Part shown: in pieces, positions 53,001 through 64,000 of the stretch
How the letters are laid out: each line of letters begins with the position of its first letter
How positions within the stretch are numbered: position 1 is the first letter of the stretch
Assembly (NCBI GenBank): GCA_964016885.1
Contig: OZ024764.1
Location: 18,786,001-18,850,000 of the forward strand
Origin: Eledone cirrhosa
Lineage: Eukaryota
Length of the DNA stretch: 64,000 nucleotides
Direction: 5' to 3'
Program-made: the position numbers and the translations under genes
The notes under the pieces: generated by a model
What the model was told of the DNA's origin: nothing
Databases searched by the model: none
What the model saw: the letters and a program-made list of their open reading frames with translations, nothing else

Positions 53001-56000
53001 AAAGTGGTCATGTAGGTGTCACAACAAAAAGTACCTGGTCCACACTGTAAAGTGGTCATGTAGGTGTCATAACAAAAAGTACCCAGTCCACCCTGTAAAG
53101 TGGTCATATAGGTGTCACAACAAAAAGTACCCAGTCCACCCTGTAAAGTGGTCATGTATGTGTCACAACAAAAAGTACCCAGTCCACACTGTAAAGTGGT
53201 CATGTATGTGTCACAACAAAAAGTACCCAGTCCACACTTTAAAGTTGTCATGTAGGTGTCACAACAAAAAGTACCCAGTCCACATTGTAATGTGGTCATG
53301 CAGGTTTCACACCAAAAGGTACCCAGTCCACACTGTAATGTGGTCATATAGGTGTCACAACAAAAAGTACCCAGTCCACACTGTAAAGTGGTCATGTAGG
53401 TGTCACAACAAAAAGTACCCAGTCCACACTGTCAAGTGGTCATGTAGGTGTCACAACAAAAAGTACCTAGTCCACACTGTAAAGTGGTCATGTAGCTGTC
53501 ACAACAAAAAGTACCCAGTCCACACTGTAATGTGGTCATGCAGGTTTCACAACAAAAAGTACCCAGTCCACACTGTAATGTGGTCATGTAGCTGTCACAA
53601 CAAAAAGTACCCAGTCCACACTGTAATGTGGTCATGCAGGTTTCACAACAAAAAGTACCCAGTCCACACTGTAAAGTGGTCATGTAGGTGTCACAACAAA
53701 AAGTACCCAGTCCACACTGTAAAGTGGACATGTAGGTGTCATGACAAAAAGTACCCAGTCCACACTGTAAAGTGGTCATGTAGGTGTCACAACAAAAAGT
53801 ACACAGTCCACACTGTAAAGTGGTCATGTAGGTGTCACAACAAAAAGTACCTAGTCCACACTGTAAAGTGGTCATGTAGGTGTCACAACAAAAAGTACCC
53901 AGTCCACACTGTAAAGTGGCCATGTAGGTGTCACAACAAAATATACCCAGTCCACACTGTAAAGTGGTCATGTAGGTGTCACAACAAAAAGTACCCAGTC
54001 CACACTGTAAAGTGGTCATGTAGGTGTCACAACAAAAAGTACCCAGTCCACACTGTAAAGTGGTCATGTAGGTGTCACAACAAAAAGTACCCAGTCCACC
54101 CTGTAAAGTGGTCATATAGGTGTCACAACAAAAAGTACCCGGTCCACCCTGAAAATGGGTATTGTTTGTGTCACAACAAAAAGTACCCAGTCCACACTGT
54201 AAAGTGGTCATGTATGTGTCACAACAAAAAGTAACCAATCCACACTTTAAAGTGGTCATGTAGTGTCACAACAAAAAGTACCCAGTCCACACTGTAATGT
54301 GGTCATGTAGGTGTCACAACAAAAAGTACCCAGTCCACCCTGTAAAGTGGTCATGTAGGTGTCACGACAAAAAGTACCCAGTCCACACTGTAAAGTGGTC
54401 ATGTAGGTGTCATAACAAAAAGTACCCAATCCACACTGTAAAGAGGTCATGTTGGTGTCACAACAAAAAGTACCCAGTCCACACTGTAAAGTGGTCATGT
54501 AGGTGTCACAACAAAAAGTACCCAGTCCACACTGTAAAGTGGTCATGTAGGTGTCACAACAAAAAGTACCCAGTCCACACTGTAAAGTGGTCATGTAGGT
54601 GTCACAACAAAAAGTACCCAGTCCACACTGTAAAGTGGTCATGTAGGTGTCACAACAAAATATACCCAGTCCACACTGTAAAGTGGTCATGTAGGTATCA
54701 TGACAAAAAGTACCCAGTCCACACTGTAAAGTGGTCATGTAGGTGTCACAACAAAAAGTACCCAATCCACACTGTAAAGTGGTCATGTAGGTGTCACAAC
54801 AAAAAGTACCCAGTCCACCCTGTAAAGTGGTCATATATGTGTCACAACAAAAAGTACCCAGTCCACCCTGTAAAGTGGTCATGTATGTGTCACAACAAAA
54901 AGTACCCAGTCCACACTGTAAAGTGGTCATGTATGTGTCACAACAAAAAGTACCCAGTCCACACTGTAAAGTGGTCATGTAGGTGTCACAACAAAAAGTA
55001 CCCAGTCCACACTGTAAAGTGGTCATGTAGGTGTCACAACAAAAAGTACCCAGTCCACACTGTAAAGTGGTCATGTAGGTGTCACAACAAAAAGTACCCA
55101 ATCCACACTGTAAAGAGGTCATGTTGGTGTCACAACAAAAAGTACCCAGTCCACACTGTAAAGTGGTCATGTAGGTGTCACAACAAAAAGTACCCAGTCC
55201 ACACTGTAAAGTGGTCCTGTAGGTGTCACAACAAAAAGTACCCAGTCCACACTGTAAAGTGGTCATGTAGGTGTCACAACAAAAAGTACCCAGTCCACAC
55301 TGTCAAGTGGTCATGTAGGTGTCACAACAAAAAGTACCCAATCCACACTGTAAAGTGGTCATGTAGGTGTCACAACAAAAAGTACCCAGTCCACCCTGTA
55401 AAGTGGTCATATATGTGTCACAACAAAAAGTACCCAGTCCACCCTGTAAAGTGGTCATATATGTGTCACAACAAAAAGTACCCAGTCCACCCTGTAAAGT
55501 GGTCATATAGGTGTCACAACAAAAAGTACCCAGTCCACACTGTAAAGTGGTCATGTAGGTGTCACAACAAAAATACCCAGTCCACACTGTCAAGTGGTCA
55601 TGTAGGTGTCACAACAAAAAGTACCCGGTCCACACTGTAAAGTGGTCATATAGGTGTCACAACAAAAATACCCAGTCCACACTGTAAAGTGGTCATGTAG
55701 GTGTCACAACAAAAAGTACCCGGTCCACACTGTAAAGTGGTCATGTAGGTGTCATAACAAAAAGTACCCAGTCCACCCTGTAAAGTGGTCATATAGGTGT
55801 CACAACAAAAAGTACCCAGTCCACCCTGTAAAGTGGTCATGTATGTGTCACAACAAAAAGTACCCAGTCCACACTGTAAAGTGGTCATGTATGTGTCACA
55901 ACAAAAAGTACCCAGTCCACACTGTAAAGTGGTCATGTAGGTGTCACAACAAAAAGTACACAGTCCACACTGTAATGTGGTCATGCAGGTTTCACACCAA

Positions 56001-59000
56001 AAAGTACCCAGTCCACACTGTAATGTGGTCATATAGGTGTCACAACAAAAAGTACCCAGTCCACACTGTAAAGTGGTCATGTAGGTGTCACAACAAAAAG
56101 TACCCAGTCCACACTGTCAAGTGGTCATGTAGGTGTCACAACAAAAAGTACCTAGTCCACACTGTAAAGTGGTCATGTAGCTGTCACAACAAAAAGTACC
56201 CAGTCCACACTGTAATGTGGTCATGCAGGTTTCACAACAAAAAGTACCCAGTCCACACTGTAATGTGGTCATGTAGCTGTCACAACAAAAAGTACCCAGT
56301 CCACACTGTAATGTGGTCATGCAGGTTTCACAACAAAAAGTACCCAGTCCACACTGTAAAGTGGTCATGTAGGTGTCACAACAAAAAGTACACAGTCCAC
56401 ACTGTAAAGTGGTCATGTATGTGTCACAACAAAAAGTACCCAGTCCACACTGTAAAGTGGTCATGTAGGTGTCACAACAAAAAGTACCCAGTCCACACTG
56501 TAAAGTGGTCATGTAGGTGTCACAACAAAAAGTACCCAGTCCACACTGTAAAGTGGTCATGTAGGTGTCACAACAAAAAGTACCCAATCCACACTGTAAA
56601 GAGGTCATGTTGGTGTCACAACAAAAAGTACCCAGTCCACACTGTAAAGTGGTCATGTAGGTGTCACAACAAAAAGTACCCAGTCCACACTGTAAAGTGG
56701 TCATGTAGGTGTCACAACAAAAAGTACCCAGTCCACACTGTAAAGTGGTCATGTAGGTGTCACAACAAAAAGTACCCAGTCCACACTGTCAAGTGGTCAT
56801 GTAGGTGTCACAACAAAAAGTACCCAATCCACACTGTAAAGTGGTCATGTAGGTGTCACAACAAAAAGTACCCAGTCCACCCTGTAAAGTGGTCATATAT
56901 GTGTCACAACAAAAAGTACCCAGTCCACCCTGTAAAGTGGTCATATATGTGTCACAACAAAAAGTACCCAGTCCACCCTGTAAAGTGGCCATGTATGTGT
57001 CACAACAAAAAGTACCCAGTCCACCCTGTAAAGTGGTCATATAGGTGTCACAACAAAAAGTACCCAGTCCACACTGTAAAGTGGTCATGTAGGTGTCACA
57101 ACAAAAATACCCAGTCCACACTGTCAAGTGGTCATGTAGGTGTCACAACAAAAAGTACCCGGTCCACACTGTAAAGTGGTCATATAGGTGTCACAACAAA
57201 AATACCCAGTCCACACTGTAAAGTGGTCATGTAGGTGTCACAACAAAAAGTACCCGGTCCACACTGTAAAGTGGTCATGTAGGTGTCACAACAAAAAGTA
57301 CCCAGTCCACCCTGTAAAGTGGTCATATAGGTGTCACAACAAAAAGTACCCAGTCCACCCTGTAAAGTGGTCATGTATGTGTCACAACAAAAAGTACCCA
57401 GTCCACACTGTAAAGTGGTCATGTATGTGTCACAACAAAAAGTACCCAGTCCACACTGTAAAGTGGTCATGTAGGTGTCACAACAAAAAGTACACAGTCC
57501 ACACTGTAATGTGGTCATGCAGGTTTCACACCAAAAAGTACCCAGTCCACACTGTAATGTGGTCATATAGGTGTCACAACAAAAAGTACCCAGTCCACAC
57601 TGTAAAGTGGTCATGTAGGTGTCACAACAAAAAGTACCCAGTCCACACTGTCAAGTGGTCATGTAGGTGTCACAACAAAAAGTACCTAGTCCACACTGTA
57701 AAGTGGTCATGTAGCTGTCACAACAAAAAGTACCCAGTCCACACTGTAATGTGGTCATGCAGGTTTCACAACAAAAAGTACCCAGTCCACACTGTAATGT
57801 GGTCATGTAGCTGTCACAACAAAAAGTACCCAGTCCACACTGTAATGTGGTCATGCAGGTTTCACAACAAAAAGTACCCAGTCCACACTGTAAAGTGGTC
57901 ATGTAGGTGTCACAACAAAAAGTACCCAGTCCACACTGTAAAGTGGACATGTAGGTGTCATGACAAAAAGTACCCAGTCCACACTGTAAAGTGGTCATGT
58001 AGGTGTCACAACAAAAAGTACACAGTCCACACTGTAAAGTGGTCATGTAGGTGTCACAACAAAAAGTACCTAGTCCACACTGTAAAGTGGTCATGTAGGT
58101 GTCACAACAAAAAGTACCCAGTCCACACTGTAAAGTGGCCATGTAGGTGTCACAACAAAATATACCCAGTCCACACTGTAAAGTGGTCATGTAGGTGTCA
58201 CAACAAAAAGTACCCAGTCCACACTGTAAAGTGGTCATGTAGGTGTCACAACAAAAAGTACCCAGTCCACACTGTAAAGTGGTCATGTAGGTGTCACAAC
58301 AAAAAGTACCCAGTCCACCCTGTAAAGTGGTCATATAGGTGTCACAACAAAAAGTACCCGGTCCACCCTGAAAATGGGTATTGTTTGTGTCACAACAAAA
58401 AGTACCCAGTCCACACTGTAAAGTGGTCATGTATGTGTCACAACAAAAAGTACCCAATCCACACTTTAAAGTGGTCATGTAGTGTCACAACAAAAAGTAC
58501 CCAGTCCACACTGTAATGTGGTCATGTAGGTGTCACAACAAAAAGTACCCAGTCCACCCTGTAAAGTGGTCATGTAGGTGTCACGACAAAAAGTCCCCAG
58601 TCCACACTGTAAAGTGGTCATGTAGGTGTCATAACAAAAAGTACCCAATCCACACTGTAAAGAGGTCATGTTGGTGTCACAACAAAAAGTACCCAGTCCA
58701 CACTGTAAAGTGGTCATGTAGGTGTCACAACAAAAAGTACCCAGTCCACACTGTAAAGTGGTCATGTAGGTGTCACAACAAAAAGTACCCAGTCCACACT
58801 GTAAAGTGGTCATGTAGGTTTCACAACAAAAAGTACCCAGTCCACACTGTAAAGTGGTCATGTAGGTGTCACAACAAAATATACCCAGTCCACACTGTAA
58901 AGTGGTCATGTAGGTGTCACAACAAAAAGTACCCAGTCCACACTGTAAAGTGGTCATGTAGGTGTCACAACAAAAAGTACCCAATCCACACTGTAAAGTG

Positions 59001-62000
59001 GTCATGTAGGTGTCACAACAAAAAGTACCCAGTCCACCCTGTAAAGTGGTCATATATGTGTCACAACAAAAAGTACCCAGTCCACCCTGTAAAGTGGTCA
59101 TGTATGTGTCACAACAAAAAGTACCCAGTCCACACTGTAAAGTGGTCATGTATGTGTCACAACAAAAAGTACCCAGTCCACACTGTAAAGTGGTCATGTA
59201 GGTGTCACAACAAAAAGTACCCAGTCCACACTGTAAAGTGGTCATGTAGGTGTCACAACAAAAAGTACCCAGTCCACACTGTAAAGTGGTCATGTAGGTG
59301 TCACAACAAAAAGTACCCAGTCCACCCTGTAAAGTGGTCATGTAGGTGTCACGACAAAAAGTACCCAGTCCACACTGTAAAGTGGTCATGTAGGTGTCAC
59401 AACAAAAAGTACCCAATCCACACTGTAAAGAGGTCATGTTGGTGTCACAACAAAAAGTACCCAGTCCACACTGTAAAGTGGTCATGTAGGTGTCACAACA
59501 AAAAGTACCCGGTCCACCCTGTAAAGTGGTCATATAGGTGTCACAACAAAAAGTACCCAGTCCACCCTGTAAAGTGGTCATGTATGTGTCACAACAAAAA
59601 GTACCCAGTCCACACTGTAAAGTGGTCATGTATGTGTCACAACAAAAAGTACCCAGTCCACACTTTAAAGTTGTCATGTAGGTGTCACAACAAAAAGTAC
59701 CCAGTCCACACTGTAATGTGGTCATGCAGGTTTCACACCAAAAAGTACCCAGTCCACACTGTAATGTGGTCATATAGGTGTCACAACAAAAAGTACCCAG
59801 TCCACACTGTAAAGTGGTCATGTAGGTGTCACAACAAAAAGTACCCAGTCCACACTGTCAAGTGGTCATGTAGGTGTCACAACAAAAAGTACCTCGTCCA
59901 CACTGTAAAGTGGTCATGTAGCTGTCACAACAAAAAGTACCCAGTCCACACTGTAATGTGGTCATGCAGGTTTCACAACAAAAAGTACCCAGTCCACACT
60001 GTAATGTGGTCATGTAGCTGTCACAACAAAAAGTACCCAGTCCACACTGTAATGTGGTCATGCAGGTTTCACAACAAAAAGTACCCAGTCCACACTGTAA
60101 AGTGGTCATGTAGGTGTCACAACAAAAAGTACCCAGTCCACACTGTAAAGTGGACATGTAGGTGTCATGACAAAAAGTACCCAGTCCACACTGTAAAGTG
60201 GTCATGTAGGTGTCACAACAAAAAGTACACAGTCCACACTGTAAAGTGGTCATGTAGGTGTCACAACAAAAAGTACCTAGTCCACACTGTAAAGTGGTCA
60301 TGTAGGTGTCACAACAAAAAGTACCCAGTCCACACTGTAAAGTGGCCATGTAGGTGTCACAACAAAATATACCCAGTCCACACTGTAAAGTGGTCATGTA
60401 GGTGTCACAACAAAAAGTACCCAGACCACACTGTAAAGTGGTCATGTAGGTGTCACAACAAAAAGTACCCAGTCCACACTGTAAAGTGGTCATGTAGGTG
60501 TCACAACAAAAAGTACCCAGTCCACACTGTAAAGTGGTCATATACGTGTCACAACAAAAAGTACCCGGTCCACCCTGAAAATGGGTATTGTTTGTGTCAC
60601 AACAAAAAGTACCCAGTCCACACTGTAAAGTGGTCATGTATGTGTCACAACAAAAAGTACCCAATCCACACTTTAAAGTGGTCATGTAGTGTCACAACAA
60701 AAAGTACCCAGTCCACACTGTAATGTGGTCATGTAGGTGTCACAACAAAAAGTACCCAGTCCACCCTGTAAAGTGGTCATGTAGGTGTCACGACAAAAAG
60801 TACCCAGTCCACACTGTAAAGTGGTCATGTAGGTGTCACAACAAAAAGTACCCAATCCACACTGTAAAGAGGTCATGTTGGTGTCACAATAAAAAGTACC
60901 CAGTCCACACTGTAAAGTGCTCATGTAGGTGTCACAACAAAAAGTACCCGGTCCACCCTGTAAAGTGGTCATATAGGTGTCACAACAAAAAGTACCCAGT
61001 CCACCCTGTAAAGTAGTCATGTATGTGTCACAACAAAAAGTACCCAGTCCACACTGTAAAGTGGTCATGTATGTGTCACAACAAAAAGTACCCAGTCCAC
61101 ACTTTAAAGTTGTCATGTAGGTGTCACAACAAAAAGTACCCAGTCCACACTGTAATGTGGTCATGCAGGTTTCACACCAAAAAGTACCCAGTCCACACTG
61201 TAATGTGGTCATATAGGTGTCACAACAAAAAGTACCCAGTCCACACTGTAAAGTGGTCATGTAGGTGTCACAACAAAAAGTACCCAGTCCACACTGTCAA
61301 GTGGTCATGTAGGTGTCACAACAAAAAGTACCTAGTCCACACTGTAAAGTGGTCATGTAGCTGTCACAACAAAAAGTACCCAGTCCACACTGTAATGTGG
61401 TCATGCAGGTTTCACAACAAAAAGTACCCAGTCCACACTGTAATGTGGTCATGTAGCTGTCACAACAAAAAGTACCCAGTCCACACTGTAATGTGGTCAT
61501 GCAGGTTTCACAACAAAAAGTACCCAGTCCACACTGTAAAGTGCTCATGTAGGTGTCACAACAAAAAGTACCCAGTCCACACTGTAAAGTGGACATGTAG
61601 GTGTCATGACAAAAAGTACCCAGTCCACACTGTAAAGTGGTCATGTAGGTGTCACAACAAAAAGTACACAGTCCACACTGTAAAGTGGTCATGTAGGTGT
61701 CACAACAAAAAGTACCTAGTCCACTCTGTAAAGTGGTCATGTAGGTGTCACAACAAAAAGTACCCAGTCCACACTGTAAAGTGGCCATGTAGGTGTCACA
61801 ACAAAATATACCCAGTCCACACTGTAAAGTGGTCATGTAGGTGTCACAACAAAAAGTACCCAGACCACACTGTAAAGTGGTCATGTAGGTGTCACAACAA
61901 AAAGTACCCAGTCCACACTATAAAGTGGTCATGTAGGTGTCACAACAAAAAGTACCCAGTCCACACTGTAAAGTGGTCATATACGTGTCACAACAAAAAG

Positions 62001-64000
62001 TACCCGGTCCACCCTGAAAATGGGTATTGTTTGTGTCACAACAAAAAGTACCCAGTCCACACTGTAAAGTGGTCATGTATGTGTCACAACAAAAAGTACC
62101 CAATCCACACTTTAAAGTGGTCATGTAGTGTCACAACAAAAAGTACCCAGTCCACACTGTAATGTGGTCATGTAGGTGTCACAACAAAAAGTACCCAGTC
62201 CACCCTGTAAAGTGGTCATGTAGGTGTGACGACAAAAAGTACCCAGTCCACACTGTAAAGTGGTCATGTAGGTGTCATAACAAAAAGTACCCAATCCACA
62301 CTGTAAAGAGGTCATGTTGGTGTCACAACAAAAAGTACCCAGTCCACACTGTAAAGTGGTCATGTAGGTGTCACAACAAAAAGTACCCAGTCCACACTGT
62401 AAAGTGGTCATGTAGGTGTCACAACAAAAAGTACCCAGCCCACACTGTAAAGTGGTCATGTAGGTGTCACAACAAAAAGTACCCAGTCCACACTGTATAG
62501 TGGTCATGTAGGTGTCACAACAAAATATACCCAGTCCACACTGTAAAGTGGTCATGTAGGTGTCACAACAAAAAGTACCCAGTCCACACTGTAAAGTGGT
62601 CATGTAGGTGTCACAACAAAAAGTACCCAGTCCACCCTGTAAAGTGGTCATGTATGTGTCACAACAAAAAGTACCTAGTCCACACTGTAAAGTGGTCATG
62701 TAGCTGTCACAACAAAAAGTACCCAGTCCACACTGTAATGTGGTCATGCAGGTTTCACAACAAAAAGTACCCAGTCCACACTGTAAAGTGGTCATGTAGG
62801 TGTCACAACAAAAAGTACCCAGTCCACACTGTAAAGTGGTCATGTAGGTGTCACAACAAAAAGTACCCAGTCCACACTGTAAAGTGGCCATGTAGGTGTC
62901 ACAACAAAATATACCCAGTCCACACTGTAAAGTGGTCATGTAGGTGTCACAACAAAAAGTACCCAGTCCACACTGTAAAGTGGTCATGTAGGTGTCACAA
63001 CAAAAAGTACCCAGTCCACACTGTAAAGTGGTCATGTAGGTGTCACAACAAAAAGTACCCAGTCCACCCTGTAAAGTGGTCATATAGGTGTCACAACAAA
63101 AAGTACCCGGTCCACCCTGAAAATGGGTATTGTTTGTGTCACAACAAAAAGTACCCAGTCCACACTGTAAAGTGGTCATGTATGTGTCACAACAAAAAGT
63201 ACCCAATCCACACTTTAAAGTGGTCATGTAGTGTCACAACAAAAAGTACCCAGTCCACACTGTAATGTGGTCATGTAGGTGTCACAACAAAAAGTACCCA
63301 GTCCACCCTGTAAAGTGGTCATGTAGGTGTCACGACAAAAAGTACCCAGTCCACACTGTAAAGTGGTCATGTAGGTGTCATAACAAAAAGTACCCAATCC
63401 ACACTGTAAAGAGGTCATGTTGGTGTCACAACAAAAAGTACCCAGTCCACACTGTAAAGTGGTCATGTAGGTGTCACAACAAAAAGTACCCAGTCCACAC
63501 TGTAAAGTGGTCATGTAGGTGTCACAACAAAAAGTACCCAGTCCACACTGTAAAGTGGTCATGTAGGTGTCACAACAAAAAGTACCCAGTCCACACTGTA
63601 AAGTGGTCATGTAGGTGTCACAACAAAATATACCCAGTCCACACTGTAAAGTGGTCATGTAGGTATCATGACAAAAAGTACCCAGTCCACACTGTAAGGT
63701 GGTCATGTAGGTGTCACAACAAAAAGTACCCAATCCACACTGTAAAGTGGTCATGTAGGTGTCACAACAAAAAGTACCCAGTCCACCCTGTAAAGTGGTC
63801 ATATATGTGTCACAACAAAAAGTACCCAGTCCACCCTGTAAAGTGGTCATATATGTGTCACAACAAAAAGTACCCAGTCCACCCTGTAAAGTGGTCATGT
63901 ATGTGTCACAACAAAAAGTACCCAGTCCACACTGTAAAGTGGTCATGTATGTGTCACAACAAAAAGTACCCAGTCCACACTGTAAAGTGGTCATGTAGGT
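50100..64000. repeat. Block of variable-length higher-order units (offsets 2445, 2685, 1534, 1439 and 1103 bp)
   Basis: Homologous ORF coordinates 50516/52961/55646/57180, 59858/61297 and 62121/63224; marked by the TGTAGTGTC deletion and the TGGCCA variant. Confidence 0.8.

Larger units (their letters stand above)
1..64000. repeat. 48-bp tandem satellite array, about 1334 monomers in a single orientation, open at both window ends
   Basis: Consensus TGTCACAACAAAAAGTACCCAGTCCACACTGTAAAGTGGTCATGTAGG repeats from base 1 to base 64000. Most monomers differ from consensus at 0-3 positions. The register shifts only by 1-bp deletions (33 counted, matching the length arithmetic). Confidence 0.99.

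Noticed and set aside
1-64000. CRISPR array
   Set aside because: There are no unique spacers; the entire 48 bp is repeated. No leader or cas genes are present.
1-64000. Telomeric repeat, tandem tRNA/5S/snRNA genes, or CENP-B-box alpha-like satellite
   Set aside because: No G-rich telomere motif, Pol III A/B boxes, cloverleaf or CENP-B box, and the monomer is too short for those RNA genes.

Overview
The whole 64-kb window is one uninterrupted head-to-tail tandem array (satellite DNA) of a 48-bp monomer, consensus TGTCACAACAAAAAGTACCCAGTCCACACTGTAAAGTGGTCATGTAGG (21/48 G+C, no CpG). I counted 33 single-base deletions by eye, and 1334 x 48 - 33 + 1 = 64000, consistent with 1334 complete monomers plus one base. 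Both array ends lie outside the window. I saw no unique sequence, inversion, transposon insertion, RNA gene, CRISPR spacer or credible gene. All listed ORFs are by-products of a 16-codon monomer that lacks stops in two of six frames. Variant monomers reveal nested recent duplications (0.67, 1.5, 1.7, 2.8, 4.2, 6.0 and about 12.5 kb) and three regional layers. The most unusual signals are (i) a recurrent, highly divergent monomer whose substitutions make a 14-bp fold-back against the monomer's own left half, suggesting a palindromic ancestor or a template-switch event, and (ii) a heptamer/22-24 nt/nonamer arrangement in every monomer resembling a V(D)J 23-RSS. Both interpretations are hypotheses. 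The organism cannot be determined; a eukaryote is the most plausible source.
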